From NCBI GenBank assembly GCA_963705505.1, contig CAVPJU010000001.1:1-64000 (forward strand): a stretch of DNA of 64,000 nt, read 5' to 3'. Below are positions 51,464-60,883 of this stretch, piece by piece (the stretch's first letter is position 1; every line of letters starts with the position of its first letter). Both the position numbers and the translations under genes were made by a program. The DNA comes from an uncultured bacterium. Its GTDB lineage: Bacteria > Desulfobacterota_D > UBA1144 > Nemesobacterales > UBA2774. The notes beneath the pieces were generated by a model that was given only the letters and a program-made list of their open reading frames with translations, ran no database searches and had not been told where the DNA came from.

Positions 51464-53719
51464 TTATTTCAGGCCCCATCTCCTTCTGAGCGACCACTCC
51501 GAGAATAATAACCCCAGTATCAGTAAAAAGAACACCGGGTTGTCCCAGAGCAGCACGGTCTCATATCCGGTTATCGTCTTTTTGCGGGAGTTTTCAATCC
51601 TGAGTGCGTCCGGGTTGTCGCGGGTCGTTATAAAGTTCCCCCCTGTCGCCCGGGCTATCGACTTGAGAAAATTTAAATTCGAAGTCGGCCCCCTTAATTC
51701 ATCCTCCGGCGGCTCGACGATAAAGGAGGCTTCGGAGACGTCGGAATCCGTATGGTCAGCGGACTCCCCGTCAGGGCGGGCGGTTATCTTGTATACCCCG
51801 GGTTGGGTGACCTCGATCTCTTTTACGAGCTGCCGCCCGGCATCTCTTTCGGGCTTTATCTCGGCCTTGCTTCCGTCGGGCAGAGTCAGTTCGGCCTTTA
51901 TACTCTCTCCCGTATCATCCCCGTTCAAATCCCAGATGCCCAGCTCTGCTTTTTCTCCCGGATTATATACGGCCTTATCGGTCTCGACCCTGATGTCTTT
52001 CAGCTCCGGGTCGTTTACGAACCAGAGAAAAAGCCTGTTCCAGAATTTTTCATAGATGGGGGAAACGTCTCCCTCGCTGCCGTAAACGAAATTCCATTTC
52101 CAGGACGAATCCGAAAGGAATGTAGCGACCTTTCCCGAGTGCACCTTTGCGACGGCCAGTATCGGCTCTCCTTCAGGCGAGACCAGCAGGGGCACGGCGT
52201 CGGGGTTGAGCCCCTGGACCATATTGAACCCTTCGAGCGCGGGCATGCTGTCCCACTGCTTCTCGTTTTCCTCCTTATTGGGGACTATCTTCATAATCGG
52301 GTGGTTCTTGCCGGCCATTGTGAGCTTGGGCTTAAACGTCTCTTCGCTTATTGTATCCGTGGGTGTGTGCGGCATGTAGCCGAGCTCGACAGGCAGTATC
52401 TCTGAAATAGGGGTCCTCCCGTAATTCCCGCTGTCGAAGCTCTTGTTTCCGCCGATCATGAGGAACGCTCCCCCGTCGTTCATTACGTAGTCCCTGATGC
52501 TCCTCAGATGAAAGCCGAAGATTCCGTATGGCTGGAAGTTGAAATTCTGAAATATCACTATGTCGAAGGTTCCAAGCTCGCTCCCGAATATCTCGTTTAC
52601 GGGGAACGGTATCAGGCTCAGCTCGTTCTCCGACGCAAACACCAGGTCGGAAGGGTCCCGCAATATGAAGAACGAAACGAGGTCTATGTTGGGATTCCTT
52701 TTAAGCGCCTTCCTCAGGAACCTGACGTCCCACGAAGGGCTGCCCGCCACATGGAGGACGCGTATCTTATTTATTATTACATCGGTGTAAAAAGACTTCT
52801 GGTTGTTCTCCGCAATCAGCTCGTCCGACAATACGGGTATCGATACGGTATAAATTTTTCTGCCAAGCGTAATGGGGTTGATTTCGAAGTCTGCTTTCCC
52901 TTCCTTCGTGCGCGGGTCGATGTACACCTCTTTTATCGATATAAGCTTGTCGCCCTCGTATAAAGACGCGGGGATACTGATCCCTGCGGGTCCGCCCGAC
53001 TTGACGACGACATTAATAGAGTAGGGGTATCTGAGGAAAGAGACCTCGTTCGAATTGATCTTATCTATCCATATATCGTCTGTTGCGTCCCCGGGAAGCG
53101 CGCCGACCGTATTGATCCTGAAGCCTGCTTTTTTAAACGCTTCGTCCCCGATGACGTCCGCCGATTCCCCGCTGTCGGCGCCGTCCGAGATCAGGAGCAC
53201 CTCGTCGAGCTCTCCCTTCCGGTTCTTTTCCCCGAGTTCATTCAGCAGCTTCCCGAGCTCCGAGTGTTTGCCCGCGGGTTTTTTCTGCGCTATCGATTCC
53301 TCTGATGCGGGGTTCAGGCTTTCGTCGAACGTATAGTAATCGACGTTAAAATTCTTTCCGATCCGTGAAAAGAAATCGGCGTTATTCCCGAGGAAGCCCC
53401 TGACCGAATCTATCCTGCTCTCACCGCCCGGGTCTCCCGCAAGGTTCATGCTCCAGGAGCCGTCCACTACCACGGCCAGGTTCCTCTTTTCTTCCTTAAA
53501 GCTGTCGACCCTGAGAGCGGGGTTTATCAATAGCAGCGCGATGATTATAAACGCGAGGGCATGGAGCGAGGTCAGGATTATTCTCCTTGTCGCGCTCTTT
53601 AGATGCCTCGTGCTCCGGAGCGACCCGTATATCACGATTGCGAATAAAATGAGGAATACGACGCTTTCCGTGAGGCCGGGAGGGTTGAGGAAAACGAGTT
53701 TATTTACCGCTGTCTCCAT
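51464..53719 (-). CDS. Membrane-anchored vWA + glutamine-amidotransferase-like domain protein
   Basis: Two N-terminal TMs, VVDGSWSM (MIDAS-like), LISDG, SFFILR..ELSLIPFP, GGAFLMIGG..SF, C-terminal TM EW..RRRWG. Confidence 0.75.
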   Translation of the reverse strand: METAVNKLVFLNPPGLTESVVFLILFAIVIYGSLRSTRHLKSATRRIILTSLHALAFIIIALLLINPALRVDSFKEEKRNLAVVVDGSWSMNLAGDPGGESRIDSVRGFLGNNADFFSRIGKNFNVDYYTFDESLNPASEESIAQKKPAGKHSELGKLLNELGEKNRKGELDEVLLISDGADSGESADVIGDEAFKKAGFRINTVGALPGDATDDIWIDKINSNEVSFLRYPYSINVVVKSGGPAGISIPASLYEGDKLISIKEVYIDPRTKEGKADFEINPITLGRKIYTVSIPVLSDELIAENNQKSFYTDVIINKIRVLHVAGSPSWDVRFLRKALKRNPNIDLVSFFILRDPSDLVFASENELSLIPFPVNEIFGSELGTFDIVIFQNFNFQPYGIFGFHLRSIRDYVMNDGGAFLMIGGNKSFDSGNYGRTPISEILPVELGYMPHTPTDTISEETFKPKLTMAGKNHPIMKIVPNKEENEKQWDSMPALEGFNMVQGLNPDAVPLLVSPEGEPILAVAKVHSGKVATFLSDSSWKWNFVYGSEGDVSPIYEKFWNRLFLWFVNDPELKDIRVETDKAVYNPGEKAELGIWDLNGDDTGESIKAELTLPDGSKAEIKPERDAGRQLVKEIEVTQPGVYKITARPDGESADHTDSDVSEASFIVEPPEDELRGPTSNLNFLKSIARATGGNFITTRDNPDALRIENSRKKTITGYETVLLWDNPVFFLLILGLLFSEWSLRRRWGLK

Positions 53720-53761
53720 AAGTGTAAATTTACCACAGGGCTTCCGGGTTTTCTCGGCGGC

Positions 53762-54721
53762 TTAAAATATAAGCAGCCTTCCGTCCTCCATTATCAATTC
53801 GCCGTCCACACTTACGGTGGGTTTCATGACCACGCCGTCCAGATGACTCGCCACTCTGACCGTCCCCCCCATGCTCTTATTGTCGCCGAACGCGATGTGT
53901 ATGGTCCCTATCGCCTTTTCGTCCTCGAGCACACTCCCGGTGATGAGAGCCTTGTCGTGAGTCCCGATACCGAGCTCCGCGAGGTTAAACGCGAGCTTCC
54001 CGAACGGCGTCATTATCGAGAGGAGTCTCTCCGCTCCCTTTCCGCCCGTGATTTCAGTCGCGAAACCCTCCTCCACCTTAACCCTTATCACTTCGTTATT
54101 CAGCTTTCCGACTCCGGCCATCGAGCCGTCGAACACCACCACACCGCTCGACTTCCCCTCGAGCGGGGCTACGTAGGCCTCCCCGGCGGGCAGGTTGCTG
54201 AAGTCCCCCGGCTTATGGTTGAGGCCCGTATCCGCGTGCCCCTCCCTCCCCTCGACGACGAGATTGATGTCCGTGCCAATCCCGGAAGTGATCCTCACGT
54301 TCGACCCGCGGCTTATTATTCCGGCGAGCTTATTGCTCCTCTCGGCGATGAGCTCGTAATTTGCGTTGAGCGTCCTCGCCATCGTGTCTTCGGTGATCCC
54401 CGGCAGCGTCGCGATCCTGACCCCGGCCTTGCTCGCGTTTCGTCTCGACTCCGTGTGGCTGAGTGACTTGGATGTCGGAATGAGCACCACGTCCATGAGC
54501 TTCATGAATTCGGCGACCGGCTGTGGCGGCTCCTCTCCGTTCGATCTGCGGGGCAATATCTCGGTGATTACCGCCTCCGCTCCCAAACTTTTAGCCGCTT
54601 CCCAGAGCGCGTACCCGATTTTTCTTAGCGGCTCGTCGGTGATGACGAGCACGTTCTCGCCCTCTTTAACCGCCATACAGTCCTTCACCGCTATCATCGC
54701 TGCGCTCATTAGCTTGTCCAT
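53762..54721 (-). CDS. M29-family aminopeptidase-like protein
   Basis: GEEPP, SLSHT, NLPAGE, AELGIGT, EDEK..GTIHIAFG, HLDGV. Confidence 0.85.
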   Translation of the reverse strand: MDKLMSAAMIAVKDCMAVKEGENVLVITDEPLRKIGYALWEAAKSLGAEAVITEILPRRSNGEEPPQPVAEFMKLMDVVLIPTSKSLSHTESRRNASKAGVRIATLPGITEDTMARTLNANYELIAERSNKLAGIISRGSNVRITSGIGTDINLVVEGREGHADTGLNHKPGDFSNLPAGEAYVAPLEGKSSGVVVFDGSMAGVGKLNNEVIRVKVEEGFATEITGGKGAERLLSIMTPFGKLAFNLAELGIGTHDKALITGSVLEDEKAIGTIHIAFGDNKSMGGTVRVASHLDGVVMKPTVSVDGELIMEDGRLLIF

Positions 54722-54891
54722 CTATGGGGCCTCCTCTCTTTCTTCATTTTTCCGTGCGTAAAAGTTTCGGTATTATAATATGCCCATCCCGTCCCGCCCT
54801 GTAAATCCGGGCGCGCGGTTTGCAGTCGTAGGGAATATGTTTGATTACGCTGCCGTTTGATGCGCAGGAGACTAAATGCAGAGGAGTGAAA

Positions 54892-55893
54892 ATGGCTGAT
54901 ATCGGTTTGGTCGCACCTTACTGGAACGACTTGAAGACTGAAGAGCTGGTCGAGACAGCCGGGCTTGCCGAGGAGCTCGGTTATCATTCGATATGGGTCC
55001 CCGAGATGTGGGGGCGCGACGCGTTTTCCATCCTCGGACTTATCGCGGCGAATACGAAGAGGATCAGGCTCGCGACGGGGATAATCCCCGTTTTCAGCAG
55101 GAGCCCTGCCGTAATCGCGCAGACGATAGCGACTCTCGACGAGATTTCAGGCGGGCGCATGATGCTCGGCCTGGGCACGAGCGGTCCGGTCGTGATAGAG
55201 GACTGGCACGGCGTGAGATTCGAGAAGCCCCTTCAGAGGACTAAGGAGTACGTGGAGATAATTAAAATGATTCTGAGAGGCGAGCGCGTCGATTATAAGG
55301 GCGAGATATTCTCGCTTAAGGGTTTCAGGCTCCAGTTTAAGCCCCTGAGGAGCGATATCCCCGTTCTCGTGGCGGCGATAGGCCCCAAGAATATACGCCT
55401 CGCCGGGGAGGTCGCCGACGGCTGGATACCGTTTCTCATACCGAAAGAGAGCCTGAAGGACGCCGGGAAGGAGCTTCTCGAAGGGGTGCGCTCACGCGGG
55501 CGGGAAAAGGATAAAATTATGGTCTGCCCGTACATTGCGGCGTCCGTATCTCAGGATGAGGAGTCCGCAAAAAAAGTGGTCGCGGAGCACATAGCGTATT
55601 ACGTAGGCGGCATGGGGACTTATTACTTTAATACCGTAAGCCGTTACGGATTCGGGGATGAGGCGAACGATATAAAGAAAGCCTGGGAAGGCGGGAAGAA
55701 GAGCGAAGCTGTTCAGGCGGTGAGCGAAAGGATGCTCGATTCGCTCTCCGTTTCGGGAACGCCCGGGCACGGCAGGTCGATAATATCGGATTATATAAAC
55801 GAAGGAGCGGATCTTCCGGTGCTGGTCTTCCCTCCGAAGGCCTCCCGCGCGCTCGTGAGGGAGACGATGATAAGCCTCGCCCCCGGCGCTTAG
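54892..55893 (+). CDS. LLM-class (probably F420-dependent) oxidoreductase
   Basis: AEELGYHSIWVPE.WGRD, TLDEISGGR..LGLGTSGP.VIE.WHG, AAIGPKN..LAGEVADGW. Confidence 0.88.
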   Translation: MADIGLVAPYWNDLKTEELVETAGLAEELGYHSIWVPEMWGRDAFSILGLIAANTKRIRLATGIIPVFSRSPAVIAQTIATLDEISGGRMMLGLGTSGPVVIEDWHGVRFEKPLQRTKEYVEIIKMILRGERVDYKGEIFSLKGFRLQFKPLRSDIPVLVAAIGPKNIRLAGEVADGWIPFLIPKESLKDAGKELLEGVRSRGREKDKIMVCPYIAASVSQDEESAKKVVAEHIAYYVGGMGTYYFNTVSRYGFGDEANDIKKAWEGGKKSEAVQAVSERMLDSLSVSGTPGHGRSIISDYINEGADLPVLVFPPKASRALVRETMISLAPGA

Positions 55894-55945
55894 TGTTTAT
55901 CTCGCATTATTCTCTGGCTTAAGCTTTCCGTGGAAGAACTATTAT

Positions 55946-55982
55946 TTCCCTACTTTTGTAAAGGAGGGTCAGGGTGGATTTT
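55946..55982 (+). repeat. Palindromic mini-element E3
   Basis: 35/37 identical to E1 (15858-15894). Confidence 0.85.
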
Positions 55983-56113
55983 CTCAATCCCCTATCATTC
56001 CTGTGCTTAACTAAAAGGTGAGGGGTCACGCGTATGTCACAGAAGTTGGAAGTAAGTGCTCTCGAAGTCCCGCAAACGGACCCACCTTTTCGATGCTTAC
56101 TATTATGCGCTTT

Positions 56114-57328
56114 CTAGCAGCTTATGAAGTCTTTGAGCACGCCGCCGTTACTCAGCTGTCGGAGCTTCTTTAACGCGCGTCTCTCGATCTGCCTTATGCG
56201 CTCCCTCGTAAGGCTGTACCTGTTTCCGATCTCGTCCAGGGTGTAGGACTCCTCATATCCTATGCCGAACCTCATCCTGAGTATGTCTTCCTCCCTGTCC
56301 GTTAAATTGGACAGCGCTTCCTCGATCTTCTCCGCCATCGAAACCGTCGCAAGGAGCGTATCGGTTGCGGGCCTCGTGTCCGGTATGAAGTCTATGAAGC
56401 TGTTCTTGCCCTCGCCGGTATTCGGATTCACCGCGTCGAGGTAGACGATGTTAGTCGAAGTGGCTTTTATAACCTTGTTGACCTTCTTCACGCTGAGCCC
56501 CGCTTCCATGGCGACGTCCTCGATGTCCGGGTTCTCGCCGTTCTCGTTGCGGAGCATGTTGGCTGTTCTCGTGATCTTGTTCGCCTGCTCTAGCACCCGC
56601 ACGGGTATCCTTATCACCCTCGTCTGGTCAAAGAGCGAGCGCGTTATGCTCTGGATTATCCACCATGAGGCGTAAGTCGAAAACCTGTATCCCTTCGATG
56701 GGTCGAATTTTTCAACCGCCTTTATCAGTCCGATATTCCCTTCCTGTATTATGTCGGCGAGCGGGAGTCCCCGTCCCATGTAATTTTTTGCGATGCTTAT
56801 AACCAACCTGAGGTTTGATTTCGTAAATTTATCCTTGTTGGACGTCTCTTTATTTTTGTAAGCTCTCAGGAGGGCGGACATCCTGTTGAGCATCGTTTTT
56901 AACGGGAGGTGCTGCGCGCCGCTCGTCTTTTCAGCCCCGTTTGACTTTTTACCGTTGTGGCGGCAGTCGCAGACTTTTTGTGTTTTTGTTTTCCTGAGTG
57001 ATTTTTCCGTGAGCTCGTTTATGAACGCTTCGAGCTTACGCGCTCTGGCATTATACTTTTTTATCTTGGTAGCGATCCTCAGTTCTTCGGACGCGGAAAG
57101 AAGGGATTCGGTCCCCACTTCTTTAAAATATGACTGAAGGAGCCTGTAATCCTCGTCCGGAATCACTCTCTGTTTGCCGCCGGTTCTTCCGTTGGAGCTG
57201 ACGCTCATGATGTTTTGCTCGTAAGCGTATTCGTTCATCATCGGCTTCTGTCTGCCGAAGTCATGATTGCTCAGCAAACTGCCTGTCATTAAAGCTCGGG
57301 ATGATTCTTTTAAATTGTTCCGACCCAT
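56114..57328 (-). CDS. Alternative RpoD/RpoS-like sigma-70 factor (no region 1.1)
   Basis: YFKEVG, NLRLVISIAK, DIIQEGNIGLIKAVEKFD, RFSTYASWWI, TLDEIG..LTRERIRQIE. Confidence 0.93.
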   Translation of the reverse strand: MGRNNLKESSRALMTGSLLSNHDFGRQKPMMNEYAYEQNIMSVSSNGRTGGKQRVIPDEDYRLLQSYFKEVGTESLLSASEELRIATKIKKYNARARKLEAFINELTEKSLRKTKTQKVCDCRHNGKKSNGAEKTSGAQHLPLKTMLNRMSALLRAYKNKETSNKDKFTKSNLRLVISIAKNYMGRGLPLADIIQEGNIGLIKAVEKFDPSKGYRFSTYASWWIIQSITRSLFDQTRVIRIPVRVLEQANKITRTANMLRNENGENPDIEDVAMEAGLSVKKVNKVIKATSTNIVYLDAVNPNTGEGKNSFIDFIPDTRPATDTLLATVSMAEKIEEALSNLTDREEDILRMRFGIGYEESYTLDEIGNRYSLTRERIRQIERRALKKLRQLSNGGVLKDFISC

Positions 57329-57369
57329 TTGAGTGACCCTCCGATTTTTTATCCTCGGACTATTTCAGA

Positions 57370-57385
57370 TGCAATGTTCATGCCA
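57370..57385 (-). promoter_or_regulatory. Sigma-54 (-24/-12) promoter of the sigma-70 gene
   Basis: Minus strand TGGCAT-GAACA-TTGCA with exact GG-N10-GC spacing; GGAGG RBS at 57338-57342. Confidence 0.8.
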
Positions 57386-57474
57386 TGAGGCAATAGTATG
57401 TCCCAATACCCTATGATCATTAATAAATATGAATTTATGCGGCTTCGGAGTTTTCCGGCTTGAGTCGGGAGTCG

Positions 57475-57491
57475 ATGACAAAAAATGTCAT
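57475..57491. promoter_or_regulatory. Candidate enhancer-binding-protein site
   Basis: Perfect ATGACA-N5-TGTCAT palindrome about 115-130 bp upstream of the predicted sigma-54 start site. Confidence 0.55.
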
Positions 57492-57789
57492 TGCGCAGGT
57501 AATTAGTCAGAATTTGAAAGCGCAAACTGTATGGCGGCGCTGCCGAAAAATATCATGTAATGTTCCCGGAGAGACCTTTTGTGCGCTTATAGGCAATTTA
57601 AACTAAGGCTGAAAGAATTAAATCTTTTTTTGATTTATAAAGGGTATTTAATGCCCTGGGGTTATTTGCCTCAAGCCCGTTTTCGATTTATTGACAAGAC
57701 GCGGGATTGGAGTGAATATTAGCGGGGTCGGTAGAACGAATCCGTAAAACTCCGCTACCGCACTAAAGCTTTTCGCGAGGGTTTATCTA

Positions 57790-58713
57790 ATGAAAATACT
57801 TGTCACCGGCGGCGCAGGATTTATAGGGTCCTGGGTAGCGGATGTATATATCAATGGAGGTCATGAGGTTCTTATCTTGGATGACCTGTCCACCGGAAGA
57901 AGAGAAAACATTCCCGCAGACGCGTCCTTTATAGAAGGCGATATAAGAGATGCGGACTTGGTCCGGGGCGTCTTTTCCGATTTCCGGCCGGATATCGTAA
58001 ACCATCATGCGGCACAGATCGACGTCAGAAAATCAGTCGAAGACCCCGCATATGACGCGTCCGTCAATATTATCGGCACGCTTCGCCTCCTCGAGTCCTC
58101 CGTCAGGAGCGGGGTGAAGAAGTTCGTCTTCGCATCGACCGGGGGCGCGATTTACGGTGAGCCCCGGGTTATCCCTGCCGACGAAAAAACACCGCCCATG
58201 CCCATTTCCCCATACGGGACGTCGAAGTACGCGGTCGAGAAATACCTCGAATACTACAAGTACATTTATTCCCTCGAATACGTCGCCCTCAGGTATGCCA
58301 ACGTGTACGGGCCGAGACAGAACCCGCACGGAGAGGCCGGGGTCATAGCGATATTCTGCAGCCGCATACTCGCCGGGAAACCGTGCATAGTGTTCGGTGA
58401 CGGGGCTCAGACGAGGGACTACGTCTATGCGGGCGATGTGGCGAAGGCGAATCTGAGCGCTCTTTCGGCTCCTTCGGGAAGCTACAATATCGGGACGGAG
58501 ATCGAAACCTCCGTGAACGGCCTCATTGCCGAGCTCGGAGCCGCATCGGGAGTGAAGTTCAAGGTCGAGCACGCGGATGCGCGCGCCGGTGAAGTCGGGA
58601 GGATCAGCCTCGATGTGAAGCTCGCCGGAAAAGTTTTGGGCTGGTCGCCGGGCGTGTATCTCAAGGAAGGAATAAAAAATACATGGGAGTGGTTTAAGGC
58701 AGGCGCTCCCTGA
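57790..58713 (+). CDS. UDP-glucose 4-epimerase-like NAD-dependent epimerase
   Basis: TGGAGFIGS, HHAAQ, FASTGGAIYG, YGTSK, RYANVYGPRQ. Confidence 0.92.
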   Translation: MKILVTGGAGFIGSWVADVYINGGHEVLILDDLSTGRRENIPADASFIEGDIRDADLVRGVFSDFRPDIVNHHAAQIDVRKSVEDPAYDASVNIIGTLRLLESSVRSGVKKFVFASTGGAIYGEPRVIPADEKTPPMPISPYGTSKYAVEKYLEYYKYIYSLEYVALRYANVYGPRQNPHGEAGVIAIFCSRILAGKPCIVFGDGAQTRDYVYAGDVAKANLSALSAPSGSYNIGTEIETSVNGLIAELGAASGVKFKVEHADARAGEVGRISLDVKLAGKVLGWSPGVYLKEGIKNTWEWFKAGAP

Positions 58714-58843
58714 GCGAATTAATTAGCGATCTCTCCCGGCCGGGTCCAATTTATCGCAGCGCAGGGTGTCTCAAGCGCCTCGTGCGGTTTGATTGCGAAT
58801 CCGGGCTTTTGAGGTATCCTTAATCCCCGCGGAGGTTCCATAG

Positions 58844-59035
58844 ATGAAGAAGAGAGAAGATTTTCTTTATGACGTTAGAGTGACCGACAGGCATATAAAA
58901 GAAGGGGTCATTACGAAAAAGGATTATGACAAGCATTTGAGCAGCCTTCCCGATGTGGAGGACAAGAGCGAGCCACTTATAATTGAGGACGAGAACGAGA
59001 AGGGGCGTGTTGAACTTAACGACGAAGAGGAATGA
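58844..59035 (+). CDS. Small hypothetical protein
   Basis: GGAGG RBS; LYDVRV..I..G.I....Y..HL..LPD pattern; acidic tail. Confidence 0.7.
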   Translation: MKKREDFLYDVRVTDRHIKEGVITKKDYDKHLSSLPDVEDKSEPLIIEDENEKGRVELNDEEE

Positions 59036-59250
59036 ACTTAATGAAATGGGATTACAAAGTTATTTCCGTAGATAAACTGTTTCAGGGAAGCGAAGACCAC
59101 GATATAGCCGTCTCTAAGGAAGCGGCCGCAGCCAGAAGGAATAAGGTGGGGCAGGGCTTGGAAAGCACCTTAAACCAGCTTGGAGAGGAATCCTGGGAGC
59201 TTGTTTCAATGGCCGGGGATTTCGGAATTTTTAAAAAGGCTAAAAATTGA
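59032..59250 (+). CDS. DUF4177-like small protein
   Basis: KWDYKV..LNQLGEESWELVS..FKK; ATGA overlap with upstream ORF. Confidence 0.75.
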   Translation: MNLMKWDYKVISVDKLFQGSEDHDIAVSKEAAAARRNKVGQGLESTLNQLGEESWELVSMAGDFGIFKKAKN

Positions 59251-59279
59251 TAAGCCGGCGGATATTATAACGTGCCGCC

Positions 59280-60812
59280 TCATTCCCATTCGATAGTGCT
59301 CGGGGGCTTGGTCGAGATATCATAGACCACCCTGTTTACCCCCCTCACCTCGTTAATGATACGGACTGAAATCTTCTCGAGCAGGTCATACGGGATGCGC
59401 GCCCAATTGGCCGTCATACCGTCGAGGCTGGTTACGGCCCGGATCGCTATGACGTTCTCGTACGTCCTTTCGTCCCCCATCACGCCTACGGTCTTTACGG
59501 GTACGAACACGCAGAATGCCTGCCAGATGTCGTCGTAGATTCCCCCTTTCTTTATCTCCTCTATGAATATCCGGTCGGCCTGTCTTAAAATTTCGAGCCT
59601 CTCTTCGTCTATCTCGCCGATGATCCTGATACCGAGACCGGGGCCGGGGAAGGGGTGGCGGTTGAGGATATCATCGGGGACCCCGAGCTCGCGGCCCACG
59701 GCCCTCACCTCGTCCTTGAACAGCTCCCTCAGCGGCTCGATCAGCTTCAGGTTCATCTTTTCGGGGAGCCCGCCCACGTTGTGGTGCGACTTGATCGTCG
59801 CCGAAGGTCCCTTGACGCTCACGCTCTCTATGACGTCCGGGTAGAGCGTCCCCTGCGCGAGAAAGCGGGCGTCCTTTATTTTCGATGCCTCCTCCTCGAA
59901 CACGTTGACGAACTCCTCGCCGATTATCTTCCTCTTCTTTTCGGGGTCAGTAACGCCGCTGAGTCTTTTTAAGAACCTCTCTCTCGCATCCACATGTATG
60001 AGGTTAAGCCCCATATGCTTGAACGACTCGACCACCTCTTCGGATTCGCCTGACCTCAGCAGGCCGGTATCCACGAATATGCAGCGGAGCTTATCCCATA
60101 TCGCGCGCTCAATTATCACTGCGGCGACGGCGGAGTCCACTCCTCCCGAAAGACCGCATATGACGGTCGAATTCCCGGCCTTTTCCCTTATGTCCTTTAT
60201 CGCTGTCTCTACGAACGACCGGGGCGTCCACGTGCCCTCGCACTTGGCGATTTTAAATAAGAAGTTCGATAGTATTTCCTTGCCGAATTTTGTATGAGCC
60301 ACTTCGGGGTGGAACTGCGTTCCGTATATCCTCATCTCCCGGTTCTTCATGGCCGCCGCGGGAGAGTTCTCGCTCTCGGCGATCGGTACGAACCCCGGCG
60401 GAAGCTCGAGCACGCGGTCCCCGTGCGACATCCACACACCGCTCTTGTCGGGTATTCCGCTCAACAGGTCGAACCCGTCGAGTATCTTGAGGGTTGCGGG
60501 CCCGAACTCGCGCATATTAGAGCGCTCGACGATCCCTCCGAGAAGCTGGGCGGTGAGCTGCATGCCGTAGCATATGCCGAGTACGGGGATGCCGAGCTCG
60601 AATAACTCCCGGTCAATGCTTGGGGAGTTGTCGTCCCACACGCTTGCGGGACCCCCCGAAAGTATTATCGCCCTGGGTTCTGTTTTCTCTATTTCTTCAA
60701 TGGGTGTGCTGAAGGGCTTTATTTCCGAATACACGCCCAGCTCTCTTATCCTCCGGGCTATGAGCTGTGTGTACTGGGAGCCGAAATCAAGGACTAAAAT
60801 AGTTTCACGCAT
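59280..60812 (-). CDS. guaA: GMP synthase (glutamine-hydrolysing)
   Basis: [45 protein letters not shown]. Confidence 0.98.
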   Translation of the reverse strand: MRETILVLDFGSQYTQLIARRIRELGVYSEIKPFSTPIEEIEKTEPRAIILSGGPASVWDDNSPSIDRELFELGIPVLGICYGMQLTAQLLGGIVERSNMREFGPATLKILDGFDLLSGIPDKSGVWMSHGDRVLELPPGFVPIAESENSPAAAMKNREMRIYGTQFHPEVAHTKFGKEILSNFLFKIAKCEGTWTPRSFVETAIKDIREKAGNSTVICGLSGGVDSAVAAVIIERAIWDKLRCIFVDTGLLRSGESEEVVESFKHMGLNLIHVDARERFLKRLSGVTDPEKKRKIIGEEFVNVFEEEASKIKDARFLAQGTLYPDVIESVSVKGPSATIKSHHNVGGLPEKMNLKLIEPLRELFKDEVRAVGRELGVPDDILNRHPFPGPGLGIRIIGEIDEERLEILRQADRIFIEEIKKGGIYDDIWQAFCVFVPVKTVGVMGDERTYENVIAIRAVTSLDGMTANWARIPYDLLEKISVRIINEVRGVNRVVYDISTKPPSTIEWE

Positions 60813-60883
60813 ATTGCTTTTTGAATAAAGAAATCAGTACCGGTATCGATGAGACAAGCGGAAATAATTCGCGGCTTAATGGA

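Noticed and set aside
57726..57734. ops/JUMPstart element before the epimerase
   Set aside because: GGTCGGTAG does not match GGCGGTAG, and no long polysaccharide operon follows
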